Source: a virus. Taken from it: a stretch of 64,000 bases of DNA. Shown here piece by piece: positions 54,930-64,000 of the stretch; the first letter of the stretch is position 1; every line of letters starts with the position of its first letter. Below the pieces are notes generated by a model. The model had not been told where the DNA came from and searched no databases. It was given only the letters and a program-made list of their open reading frames with translations. The position numbers and the translations under genes are program-made. The stretch lies in the IMG/VR virus record IMGVR_UViG_3300019752_000001. One strand, given 5' to 3'.

Positions 54930-55214
54930 TCACCTCATCCCTCTAGCTAGTAGAGTTTTAATATCACTTTTCATTTCTCTCATATCCTCCTGCATACTTT
55001 CATACTTACTATTCATCTGCTCTTCTGTAACAAACTTAGTCTGCATCTCATAGATCTTATCTTCTAAGCTGGTCATCCTGGCTGCTTGTGCAGTAATGAC
55101 AGCATCCTGATCAGCACTCTTCTTATCTTGAGTTTTAATGATAAACCCAACCCAACCGAGCACACCAAGTATTACAAGCTCTCCAGCCTTCCATACAGTC
55201 ATACTTTCTAGCAT
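54930..55214 (-). CDS. Single-TM plus coiled-coil protein (holin/XhlA-like)
   Basis: LVILGVLGWVGFII then heptads ending EMKSDIKTLL. Confidence 0.55.
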   Translation of the reverse strand: MLESMTVWKAGELVILGVLGWVGFIIKTQDKKSADQDAVITAQAARMTSLEDKIYEMQTKFVTEEQMNSKYESMQEDMREMKSDIKTLLARGMR

Positions 55215-55216
55215 GT

Positions 55217-55951
55217 TTATAGTCCTTTTAAAACTCGGATATAAATCCCATTAAAAACCACATCTAAGGTGTCATCAGTAGCTACCTGAATCTTTGCTGG
55301 ATTATCTCTTGTATTAGTGTCTCCGATATACAATCCCATATACTTTACAAGGTGGTAAGAGTTAGGACTTTTATACATGTTATCGTTGAATGGGAGGTCA
55401 TATGAAAACCCTCCATCGGCTAGTAACAGACGTGTAGCAACTTCTTGGTTATTTGAGGATGTTGTAATTGTTAGGTCAAGGCGTATATCTACTGTATCTC
55501 CTACATTAAGCTCAGAGAAATCTAATGAGTTTGTTGTAGTATTCCATAATGCGGTTACTCCGGGTGGAGCAAACAATAGGTTAGTATACGAACCTGCTCC
55601 ATCGTTAGACAGGTTTGTGTACACATTCGTGCCGGGTATTGAGAGTGGGGTTATTGCAGTAGCTGCATCACTATAGGCCATCCATCCGTGCCTGATCATT
55701 GACTCAGAGGAACCTATAGTTGTTCCATCCTCAAAACCTATGCTAGAATTAGCCACTTTTAAACTAAAGTTACCTGCATTATCTAGTATTGCAGTTTGCT
55801 GGTTATCTACTTGGAACTCGATATTATCTGCATTCGTAGTAACCTTTACAACTCTTGCAGAATCAGTTAAAGTTTTAACAGAAACCTCCTCAGCTTCTGT
55901 GACATCAAAACCCTCAGTGTACAAATCTGTTTGTTGTATATGTAGCGGCAT
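55217..55951 (-). CDS. Putative virion fibre-associated protein
   Basis: Beta-rich, T/S/D-rich; in the fibre gene cluster. Confidence 0.6.
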   Translation of the reverse strand: MPLHIQQTDLYTEGFDVTEAEEVSVKTLTDSARVVKVTTNADNIEFQVDNQQTAILDNAGNFSLKVANSSIGFEDGTTIGSSESMIRHGWMAYSDAATAITPLSIPGTNVYTNLSNDGAGSYTNLLFAPPGVTALWNTTTNSLDFSELNVGDTVDIRLDLTITTSSNNQEVATRLLLADGGFSYDLPFNDNMYKSPNSYHLVKYMGLYIGDTNTRDNPAKIQVATDDTLDVVFNGIYIRVLKGL

Positions 55952-56030
55952 ACTTGACTACCTTTGTTGTAATTGTGTGTACAGCAGGAGGCTATAATAA
56001 GACCCCTGCTTCTATACTTTTGATGAAGAA

Positions 56031-59000
56031 CTACACAACCTGTGTTGTTGATAAAGCACCCACAGTGTTAACTTCCAACCTCCACCTTGAATTGTCTGTA
56101 GCTACTAAGATAGTCCCCTCCCCTACGTTAACTACATCTCCTTGACTATTCCTAACAGTTAGTTGTGTGTCCAGATCAACAATAGTAGAGTGAGTGTACT
56201 TAGTACTGAACAGACCAAACTGAGGAAGTGTTGCATGGTTCTCAAGGTCAGTTATAGTAGAGCTGATCGGGTCAAAGTCTTTGTAGTTGAGGAATGTATT
56301 ACCTTCTCCTGTAGCTACTAGGTGCCCCCCTTCTGAGCCACCAAACAAAGTTGTGTATGCATAACCTGTATCAACCTCCGTTCTATCACCAACAAGGACT
56401 AAGGTGTCAGTTGTACTAGGTTTAATAGCAAAGACTTGACCTTGTGGATGCTCAAACTCAAGAGGAACCTTCCTGACAGTAGCAGGTGTAGAAGGTACAA
56501 CCCTTGTCTGAGAGAATGACAGTATAACCTGAATATCATCGATAGTAGGGAGTCCTGTACGTACACTCTCTGTTACACTGACACGTATTTCTCTACTAGA
56601 AGCTCTCCACAAGACCTCTACAGTGGCAATCTCTCCGCCATCATCCAGAGTGAATGTTGTAGAAACCTCACTCCCACCGCCCACACCAGTTAAGGTTGTA
56701 GAGGATGTACCAAAGATGTTACCATTCGAATGTCCTCTGTATGCAATGTTCAGAGTTGTAGTAGAGGTTGGAATATTCCTTGTGAAGAAAACTTCATCAG
56801 CCTCTGGAACTGGAAAGCCACTCTGTGTAGTAAGAGTTGGAACTGTCTGCCAAATACCTGCACCACTTACACGTGTAGGCTGAGCTGGATAGATAGTATC
56901 GACAGTAGAACCTGAAGGTATTGCAGGTACAAACACTTTAGCATTGAACACACCATTAACGTACTCAATCAGATCTCTCGATGTAGCTCCGTCAAAAGCT
57001 GATAGGTAGGTAGAGTTTGTATAGGTTGTTCCAGCAGGGAAGTAGAGGAGCTTACGTCTAACCTGATCACCAGACAAATCACTGATAGGTTTAGAAGTTG
57101 TTACACCTGATCCAGGAGTGTTTGGGGAAGGTTCATAAAAGACTGTCTGAGATGTGTTAGAACTACCAGCGAGTTGCTTGTTATAATCTGTAGCGATTAT
57201 AGTAGGAGTTGTTTCTTCAGTCACCTCTACTTGGTTTTCAAGGACATGAACAATAGCATCTGGTAAGTTCAATATCCCATGTTCAAGCTCAGCATCAATC
57301 CTGGAAATATCATCTTCAAGATTATTAATGTCATCAGGCCATGCTACAACTCTCTCGGAAGTTATACGATCAACTTCATACACATCACCAGAGATGAGTC
57401 CTGTAACACGATAAACAAAGTAAGTGTTAGTTCCATCAGTCAGTGACTCACCAAGATCAACAGTAACCTCAGAGTCTTGTAGAGGGGTTGAGGTATCTTG
57501 TGTGATGTTGTTCAGTGTGTATGAGGCCCCCGCCACTGTGGCTACATACAGTGCTATATCCCCTCCTGTGAACCTCGGATTATCAACACTAACCTGAGTA
57601 AGATCTGTCAAAGCTGCTGGGAATGTATCTGATCCTGTACTATCAAGGAAGAGAGCTTCACTATCAGGAAATACCTGTGTGACCTCTTTGTAAGGTGAGA
57701 TACGCTGCTGAATAGACTGGAGTGAAGCACCATCATTATCGATATCCTCAGCCAGAGAACCAATCTTAGCATCAACCCTAGACTCCGCTAAAGAGGCTTC
57801 TTGTTGAGCTATAAAACGTACAGCATCATTAAGCCTACCTTTAGTATTGTTAACCCACCCATTGATTGTGTAGGAGCCATTATAAGAAGCTCCTCTAAAC
57901 TGATAGTTGAGAACAAGGTTTGCATTCGTATTAATAGAGGTTGTGTAATCATCAGATGGAATATCAATTGTTACAAGGGCAGCCCCAGAATCAACACTAA
58001 TTCCTGTAAGAGGGAATGTAAAAGATTTATTATCAAGCTCAATAACAAAATCTATAAGCTCTGGTAGAGAACCTGAGGAATTGATAGTAGAGAAAGAAAT
58101 ACTCAAGGTCATTTGTCCGCCGACGATATCAGCAAACTGTACAGGTTGGTCATTATACCTCAAGCTTCTGGCGGTATTACCACTACTACTACCTCCTATT
58201 AACACCTGCCTTGTAAGAGGTAGCCCTGTAGCTCCTGATGTAGTCTCTGCGACGTTTGCTGGGTCAACCTGAACATTCCTACTACCGTTAAACCTGATCC
58301 CATCCTGCACGAAGTTATCAAGGAATGCAGCCTGCTTAGAATTGACTCGTGGGTTGTCTAGCAGTAACCAGTCCTCATTAACTACTTCATCAACAAGAGA
58401 GGCATTATTAACAAGGGCTACTAAGATAGATCCAGAAGGTATTGTAGAGTCACCTGAATACTGTCCCCAATCACCTCCTGTCTCAACCAAGTAAGCATCA
58501 CCAGCTACAATGGTCACACCAGCAAGCTCAGTAGTTGTGGTTGTGGCATTACTGATCGGAGTGTCAACTTTTAGATTAAATATACCAGTAGGTAGGATTG
58601 TATCATTAGGGTCGAATGTACCAGAGGAGAACTCATAATCCTGACCAACACCTTCCTTAGTAATAACTGTGACTTGATCCCTAAGAATAGATCCTATCTG
58701 AGTCCCTTCAAGAAAGAACCTTACAACATTCCTGTCAGTGAATACACCACTACCACCAAGATGTGTAAATTCGAAGGTGATTGGGTAGGATTCACCAGAT
58801 GTTGCTATCTGATCTTCCGTAGGTAGATTAACATCTGGCCTGGTAGCACCATCAAGAGCTTTATCATTCCTGGCTGTGTAGATTATATTCTTATCTTCAA
58901 AGGTAGCCAGGTTTGTATCATCAATAGTAAACCCGTCATTGAAGCGTAGGAAAGATCTTCCACTGTTGAAAGCTGTATTCTGAAGGGTTGCTACCTCTTG

Positions 59001-59207
59001 TTGTAACACCCCTACACTATCATCAGTTTCACTCTTATTCGCAGCGACAACACCAGCTAATGTATTTACTTCAGAAAAGCCTTGTTGCGTGTTTGAGACG
59101 GAGGTTGCTATATTTGTAAAAGTAGAGTCATCAACACTTATCTGGTCAGAACTTGTTAATGTTCCTGCAGAGTTCCTTAATTCAAAAGGGAGTAACCTTG
59201 TTGTCAT
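56031..59207 (-). CDS. Large virion fibre/spike protein
   Basis: 1058 aa, T/S/G-rich beta segments with short coiled coils; C-terminal RWRLEV...GALST. Confidence 0.65.
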   Translation of the reverse strand: MTTRLLPFELRNSAGTLTSSDQISVDDSTFTNIATSVSNTQQGFSEVNTLAGVVAANKSETDDSVGVLQQEVATLQNTAFNSGRSFLRFNDGFTIDDTNLATFEDKNIIYTARNDKALDGATRPDVNLPTEDQIATSGESYPITFEFTHLGGSGVFTDRNVVRFFLEGTQIGSILRDQVTVITKEGVGQDYEFSSGTFDPNDTILPTGIFNLKVDTPISNATTTTTELAGVTIVAGDAYLVETGGDWGQYSGDSTIPSGSILVALVNNASLVDEVVNEDWLLLDNPRVNSKQAAFLDNFVQDGIRFNGSRNVQVDPANVAETTSGATGLPLTRQVLIGGSSSGNTARSLRYNDQPVQFADIVGGQMTLSISFSTINSSGSLPELIDFVIELDNKSFTFPLTGISVDSGAALVTIDIPSDDYTTSINTNANLVLNYQFRGASYNGSYTINGWVNNTKGRLNDAVRFIAQQEASLAESRVDAKIGSLAEDIDNDGASLQSIQQRISPYKEVTQVFPDSEALFLDSTGSDTFPAALTDLTQVSVDNPRFTGGDIALYVATVAGASYTLNNITQDTSTPLQDSEVTVDLGESLTDGTNTYFVYRVTGLISGDVYEVDRITSERVVAWPDDINNLEDDISRIDAELEHGILNLPDAIVHVLENQVEVTEETTPTIIATDYNKQLAGSSNTSQTVFYEPSPNTPGSGVTTSKPISDLSGDQVRRKLLYFPAGTTYTNSTYLSAFDGATSRDLIEYVNGVFNAKVFVPAIPSGSTVDTIYPAQPTRVSGAGIWQTVPTLTTQSGFPVPEADEVFFTRNIPTSTTTLNIAYRGHSNGNIFGTSSTTLTGVGGGSEVSTTFTLDDGGEIATVEVLWRASSREIRVSVTESVRTGLPTIDDIQVILSFSQTRVVPSTPATVRKVPLEFEHPQGQVFAIKPSTTDTLVLVGDRTEVDTGYAYTTLFGGSEGGHLVATGEGNTFLNYKDFDPISSTITDLENHATLPQFGLFSTKYTHSTIVDLDTQLTVRNSQGDVVNVGEGTILVATDNSRWRLEVNTVGALSTTQVV

Positions 59208-59237
59208 ATAATACCTTTTAGTTTTATTATAGGTACA

Positions 59238-59280
59238 GAAAAGCCCCTCAGAAGCTGAGGGCTAAAGAGGGGCTATTTTA
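59238..59280 (-). terminator. Intrinsic terminator-like hairpin
   Basis: AAAAGCCCCTCAG-AAG-CTGAGGGCT. Confidence 0.6.
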
Positions 59281-59288
59281 TTTACGCC

Positions 59289-61001
59289 TTATGAAACACT
59301 AATTGTAGTAGCTAGTGTTGCTGTAGCGCCTGAGTTATTCTGATGAACATAAGAGTCATACTGTTGACCACCTATGGTTCTGACATTATCAACTTTTGTA
59401 AAGTCTGTCAGAATAGGAGCTGAGAATGTCCTTTCTGTTATCATATTCAATTCCCTATCTGCTGGAGATAGAATTACAGCATAGTGTGTATTATCTAAAT
59501 CAAAGTTAGCATCAAAGGTTGTTCCTGCAAATACATCCTGCATAGTGAGAGTTGACACATCTACACTAGCTGGAATGTTTGTATCTATAGTTCCGTAGTA
59601 CAATGTCTCAGCAGGTGTCCTAGCCCTTACTGTAAAGCTTCTGGTAAGGTTTCCTCCTGAGGTTATAGGGAACGTAATGGTGAAGATAGAAGACTCTCCA
59701 GCGGCTAATGTAGCGTCTGTCACGGGCAGATCTATAGAGGTTTGTGTAGGATCAACAGAGGCTGATAATGTTCCTGTAGTACCTCCTGCGGACTGTGTGA
59801 TACTACCTGTACCCACCTGGTCAGCATTAACCACACCATACTGAAACGTCTTGTTCCCCGTTAATGTTGTTCCTGCATCTACAGAGGTAGCTTGACCTTG
59901 TATCCTGAACTGAGATATTGAAGGTGTCTGAGGAACTGGAGCAGGGATCTCACTAACATAAGCTAAGTCTGTCAGAGAGATAACATTCCTGTCCACTGAA
60001 ACAGCTGGATTGTTACTAGCATCTCCAAGGATACTTCCTGAATCTATTTCATAGTCAATCTCTAGAGTTTGTGCTTCAAACACAACAAGAGGTGCAGAGA
60101 TGATATCCAATCTAATTGTGTTAGGGTCATTCCCTGTATCTGCGAAGTCAGCCCCTGTTCCCTCTTCATAGTCAGCTCTAGTCGGGTAGTAATAGAATGG
60201 TTCAGTCATCCCCTCTATACGCGCCCTAAACCGCAAAGCTGTTACAGAGGTTCCTGGAGCTAGTGTGAAGTACAGGTCTGTCAGGGCCTCACTAGCAGTT
60301 GCCTGCATAGAGAATGTACCAGACAAGGGTATAGTTGTTGATGTATCTGTCTGTGCATCCACTCTCTCAGATGGCTCCAGGGTTATTTCCCTAGTCCTCT
60401 CTGTACCTGCAGCTTTACTCCAGTATGTGAAGGGTTGTATTAGTCTCCTGCCAGAGATATAGCTTCGTATCTGAGGAACAGCGCCAAACGCTGATAGGAT
60501 ACCTGAATATCCTATCTGGATACTTTCCTGGGGGAATACAGAGGTTTCATCGAACTCGTAAGGACCAGTACCGCTATTAGTACGTCTAATACCTGAGTGA
60601 ATAGGTTCGCTGTTAGGTCCGATCATAACTACTTCATAAGGGTCAAGACCGGAGAAGGTTACTCCTCCACCATCTGCCCCAGGAGTACCTACAAGGTTTG
60701 TTGCTACAGCCTCCCAAGTACCGTTAAGACGTATGTAAGCCGCTGTTATCGAGGTTACTTGATTTCCTGTGTTTAGTGTCCCTACAGCAAACACTGTGGT
60801 AGCTGAGGTTGAAGAGGACACATTAATATTAGCTGCGTCAGTTGTTCCGTCTGGTGTTGCTGTGTACGTTTCTAACGCTGCAAAGTCTGCAAACACTGCG
60901 GGGTTGGAATTGTCAGTACGAGTGGCAACTATTAAAGCGCCACCACCCCCTGAACCACTTCCTTCACCAGAACCTGATGAAGGTCCAAAATTAGCTGGCA
61001 T
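59289..61001 (-). CDS. Putative virion fibre protein
   Basis: 570 aa; Gly-rich N-terminus, short GXY stretch, Ig-like C-terminal segments. Confidence 0.6.
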   Translation of the reverse strand: MPANFGPSSGSGEGSGSGGGGALIVATRTDNSNPAVFADFAALETYTATPDGTTDAANINVSSSTSATTVFAVGTLNTGNQVTSITAAYIRLNGTWEAVATNLVGTPGADGGGVTFSGLDPYEVVMIGPNSEPIHSGIRRTNSGTGPYEFDETSVFPQESIQIGYSGILSAFGAVPQIRSYISGRRLIQPFTYWSKAAGTERTREITLEPSERVDAQTDTSTTIPLSGTFSMQATASEALTDLYFTLAPGTSVTALRFRARIEGMTEPFYYYPTRADYEEGTGADFADTGNDPNTIRLDIISAPLVVFEAQTLEIDYEIDSGSILGDASNNPAVSVDRNVISLTDLAYVSEIPAPVPQTPSISQFRIQGQATSVDAGTTLTGNKTFQYGVVNADQVGTGSITQSAGGTTGTLSASVDPTQTSIDLPVTDATLAAGESSIFTITFPITSGGNLTRSFTVRARTPAETLYYGTIDTNIPASVDVSTLTMQDVFAGTTFDANFDLDNTHYAVILSPADRELNMITERTFSAPILTDFTKVDNVRTIGGQQYDSYVHQNNSGATATLATTISVS

Positions 61002-61013
61002 GTTAGTTACTCC

Positions 61014-61838
61014 TTAACCTAAACTATATTGATATATCCTAGCAGAAATACCCATAATATAAACCCTTGTTCCATCATTATTGAAAGCAAGAGCGAATGG
61101 GTTTCCTTCTTGTGAAGATACAGGATCACTAGAGTTAACAAGTGTTAAAGTGGATGTATCAAAAGGGGCGCTTAGACTATATTGATGTATCTTCTCAGAA
61201 ATATTACCTATAATAAAAACCCTTGTTCCATCATTATTGAAAGCAAGAGCGAATGGGTTTCCTTCTTGTGAAGATACAGAATTACTAGAATTAACAAGTG
61301 TTAAGGTGGATGTATCAAAAGGGGCGCTTAGACTATATTGATGTATCCTATCAGAAGAATTACCTATAACAAAAACCCTTGTTCCATCATTATTGAAAGC
61401 AAGATCGCGTGGTGCCGATTCTTGTGAAGATACAGAATTACTAGAGTTAACAAATGTTAAGGTGGATGTATCAAAAGGGGCGCTTAAACTATATTGATGT
61501 ACCCTAGCAGAAGAATTACCCATAATAAAAACCCTTGTTCCATCATTATTGAAAGCAAGAGAGAGTGGGTTTCCTTCTTGTGAAGATACAGAATTACTAG
61601 AATTAACAAATGTTAAGGTGGATGTATCAAAAGGGGCGCTTAAACTATATTGATGTATCCTATCAGAAGAATTACCTATAATAAAAACCCTTGTTCCATC
61701 ATTATTGAAAGCAAGATCGAAAGGGCCTCCTTCTTGTGAAGATACAGAATTACTAGAGTTAACAAATGTTAAAGTTGATATATCAAAAGAATTACTAGGT
61801 GTAGATCTCATAGATGCAAGGAGGAGTAACTCGTGCAT
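61014..61838 (-). CDS. Five-repeat beta-propeller protein (putative fibre-tip adhesin)
   Basis: Five 52-aa repeats LAFNNDGTRVF..GN....IHQYSLSAPFDTSTL. Confidence 0.85.
   Translation of the reverse strand: MHELLLLASMRSTPSNSFDISTLTFVNSSNSVSSQEGGPFDLAFNNDGTRVFIIGNSSDRIHQYSLSAPFDTSTLTFVNSSNSVSSQEGNPLSLAFNNDGTRVFIMGNSSARVHQYSLSAPFDTSTLTFVNSSNSVSSQESAPRDLAFNNDGTRVFVIGNSSDRIHQYSLSAPFDTSTLTLVNSSNSVSSQEGNPFALAFNNDGTRVFIIGNISEKIHQYSLSAPFDTSTLTLVNSSDPVSSQEGNPFALAFNNDGTRVYIMGISARIYQYSLG
61021..61790 (-). repeat. 156-bp tandem repeat x5 (coding)
   Basis: ACCCTTGTTCCATCATTATTGAAAGCAAGA at 61063, 61219, 61375, 61531, 61687. Confidence 0.95.
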
Positions 61839-63904
61839 TAGCTAAATACCCCCTCTCCAACATGGATTGCATCCCAAGAAGTCCCACCATCACTTGTAGT
61901 AAATACAAAAATATTCCTACCGTCATCAATAGTAGGTGCATTCCCACCAGGCCATCGTGTAGTAGGGAATGTAACTGCAGCTCCACCACTAACTGTCAAA
62001 CCCAGTTTAAAAGTTATACTGCCAGGGGGGACATTATTGAAGGATAGAGTTGTGGCTGATGAAACCACTACCTCAAAAGCTCTGTTAGTAGTTAAATCGA
62101 TTGTCTGAGTGGAAGATTGTGTTAGTGTTGTTACATCAGTATTTTCACTGACCACGGGGTTTGCTGTGTCTGAACTATCAACACTAATACCTGTACCAGC
62201 TACAACAGTCTCTACAAAAGCACCATCTACGGAAATAACCGGATTCAAACTATCTGTATTATCTACAGAGATATTGTCACCTGCAACAACACTCTGAAGC
62301 AAGCTAGTATTAGTAAGCTCTGACACATCTGTAGGGATATTAGGTATAGTAACTGTTACATTATCTCCAGCAGCTGTTGCTACACCACCACCTACAAAGT
62401 TTATACTAGACACATCTGCTGTAAGCTGCGTCCCCTCCCCAGAGATTGCTACGGCATTAACAGGGGCTGCAGGGATACTTGAAGAGTCGATGTTAATCGT
62501 AACTTCACCAGATCCTGCGTCTGAGGCAGTTACCAAGTCACCTGTATAGTTAAATGTAGTAGCTGAAGCTGTACGTTCAATACCTTCATCTTCTACACGT
62601 ACACCAGAAATAGCTGTGGTACTAATACGAGGCTGACGAGGGTCGGTATTATCAACAGAGATACCCGGAGCTACACCAATAACAGAGGTAACAGCAACAT
62701 CATTAGTGAGGTCAGATAAAGCTGTAGGGACGGTAGGGATAGTTAGAGTTACATCTGTTCCATTTGCCGTCACTGTACCACCACCGACAACATTAATCGT
62801 ATCCACGGCAGTTGCTACAGTACTTCCTTCTTCTTGTACAGTGATCGGAGCTGAGAAGGTATTGATGAAGTTAGATGTATCAATGTTTACAGTGGCCTCA
62901 CCAGACCCTGCATCTGTTACTGTAACACCATTACCTGTGTAGTTTGTAGCTGTAGATGTAGCTATTACCTGTGTTCCATCTTTCTCTACACGTATACCTT
63001 CGATAGCTGATGTGTTCAGCACAGGATTAGCTGGATCAGAGTTGTCCACTGTAAGGTTTGTAGCACCTACTGTTACACTCTCTACAAAAGTATTGTCATT
63101 AGTTAGCTGAGAAGCTAGAGTGGGGATAGATGGGACAGTAAGGGTCACATTACCAGCTGAACCAGTAGCTGTGATACCACCACCTACACAGTTAAGCTGT
63201 GCAAGGTCTGTAGTAACTGCTACTCCTTGATCTTGCACTGTGATTGGGTCAGCAAATGTCCCAGCAAGAGATGCACTATCGATTGTCACAAGTGCTGTAG
63301 CACCACCTGCATCGGTGGCAGTTACCAAATCACCTGCAAAGTCAACACGCACAGTGTCAGTGGAGACATCACTGCCTTCATCTGCTACAGAGATAGAACT
63401 GATTGCTGTAGATGAGATAATAGGGTTTTGTGGGTCAGTATTATCTACTGTGACTGGACCAGTCCCTGCTGTAACTCCCTCTACGAAAGTTAAGTCGTTT
63501 GTAAACTCTGATAATGCTGTAGGTTTATTCTGGATGAATGAGCCTTCACCAGCATCTGTTTCATCCCAATTACTTTGAACTGTCACGGGTGTACCTCCAC
63601 CTCCGCCGCTTGATGCTGTACCTACCTGAACATTCACAAGTGTTGAACGAGAAGATAGAGATTTAAGCCATACTGTATTCTCACCAGCATCGACTGTAAT
63701 AGTTGATAGTGGGTTTGGTGAGCCATATACTTGAGGACCATTAACATCATCTGCAGCAGGCTTTACTGAGTTGATTGCTAAGAGTATTCCTTCATCACCT
63801 TTATTTTGAATGATAAGAGCTGTACCAGTCGCCAGGGTGGTTTTATCTTCTACACTCACCCAATCATCTGGTGGAACAATAAAGTCTGGTAATGTATCAG
63901 CCAT
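61838..63904 (-). CDS. Long repetitive fibre protein
   Basis: About three ~133-aa modules with VDNTDP.NP and I.VQDEG motifs; C-terminal TIDL...WPGG.APT...FTT.DGG.SW domain. Confidence 0.75.
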   Translation of the reverse strand: MADTLPDFIVPPDDWVSVEDKTTLATGTALIIQNKGDEGILLAINSVKPAADDVNGPQVYGSPNPLSTITVDAGENTVWLKSLSSRSTLVNVQVGTASSGGGGGTPVTVQSNWDETDAGEGSFIQNKPTALSEFTNDLTFVEGVTAGTGPVTVDNTDPQNPIISSTAISSISVADEGSDVSTDTVRVDFAGDLVTATDAGGATALVTIDSASLAGTFADPITVQDQGVAVTTDLAQLNCVGGGITATGSAGNVTLTVPSIPTLASQLTNDNTFVESVTVGATNLTVDNSDPANPVLNTSAIEGIRVEKDGTQVIATSTATNYTGNGVTVTDAGSGEATVNIDTSNFINTFSAPITVQEEGSTVATAVDTINVVGGGTVTANGTDVTLTIPTVPTALSDLTNDVAVTSVIGVAPGISVDNTDPRQPRISTTAISGVRVEDEGIERTASATTFNYTGDLVTASDAGSGEVTINIDSSSIPAAPVNAVAISGEGTQLTADVSSINFVGGGVATAAGDNVTVTIPNIPTDVSELTNTSLLQSVVAGDNISVDNTDSLNPVISVDGAFVETVVAGTGISVDSSDTANPVVSENTDVTTLTQSSTQTIDLTTNRAFEVVVSSATTLSFNNVPPGSITFKLGLTVSGGAAVTFPTTRWPGGNAPTIDDGRNIFVFTTSDGGTSWDAIHVGEGVFS

Positions 63905-63930
63905 TTATTAGCTTCCTCCTTACAAATACG

Positions 63931-63972
63931 AAAAAAAAAAAAAGGGGAAACCACTTAATAGTAGTTTCCCCT
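63931..63972 (-). terminator. Intrinsic terminator upstream of the fibre genes
   Basis: AGGGGAAAC...GTTTCCCCT stem followed by a long T run on the minus strand. Confidence 0.8.
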
Positions 63973-64000
63973 GAGGAATCATTTACACCCTGCTATTAAC

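Noticed and set aside
61021-61790. CRISPR array
   Set aside because: Units are contiguous 156-bp in-frame coding repeats with no unique spacers; no cas genes.
24899-63578. Many plus-strand ORFs inside structural genes (e.g. 24899, 25487, 34734, 56623, 63240)
   Set aside because: Antisense shadows of long genes, without RBS or recognisable motifs.

Overview
This window is part of a lytic tailed-phage genome, a contractile-tail myovirus with a Felixounavirus/rV5-like tail module. The host is probably a gammaproteobacterium (inferred from sigma70 promoters and short attC sites). Layout: (1) 1-10.9 kb, minus strand: accessory genes, including a metallophosphoesterase, a PIF1/RecD-like helicase, a macrodomain protein and a Prs-like + Nampt-like pair matching the NARP1 NAD+ reconstitution pathway. 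(2) 11-23.7 kb, plus strand: replication module (Srd/HNH-like protein, GHKL ATPase, primase-helicase, family A DNA polymerase, SSB). (3) 23.8-42.2 kb, minus strand: endolysin, neck, tail, baseplate and tail-fibre genes, with a -1 frameshifted tail chaperone. (4) 42.3-54.5 kb: a non-structural block with tRNAs, an integron-type attC cassette array, a candidate origin and small early genes. (5) 54.5-64 kb, minus strand: a second set of fibre/adhesin genes with a recently amplified 5-repeat beta-propeller. The two most striking observations are (a) two D-arm-less, 8/4-type tRNA-like RNAs with Arg anticodons (UCU, CCU), whose covarying sequences suggest the D-stem and D-loop GG are rebuilt by a pseudoknot from the variable arm, and (b) an integrase-less array of integron gene cassettes (three intact and three collapsed attC sites, alternating) next to the tRNAs. 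All family assignments are from motif recognition by eye, not database searches.
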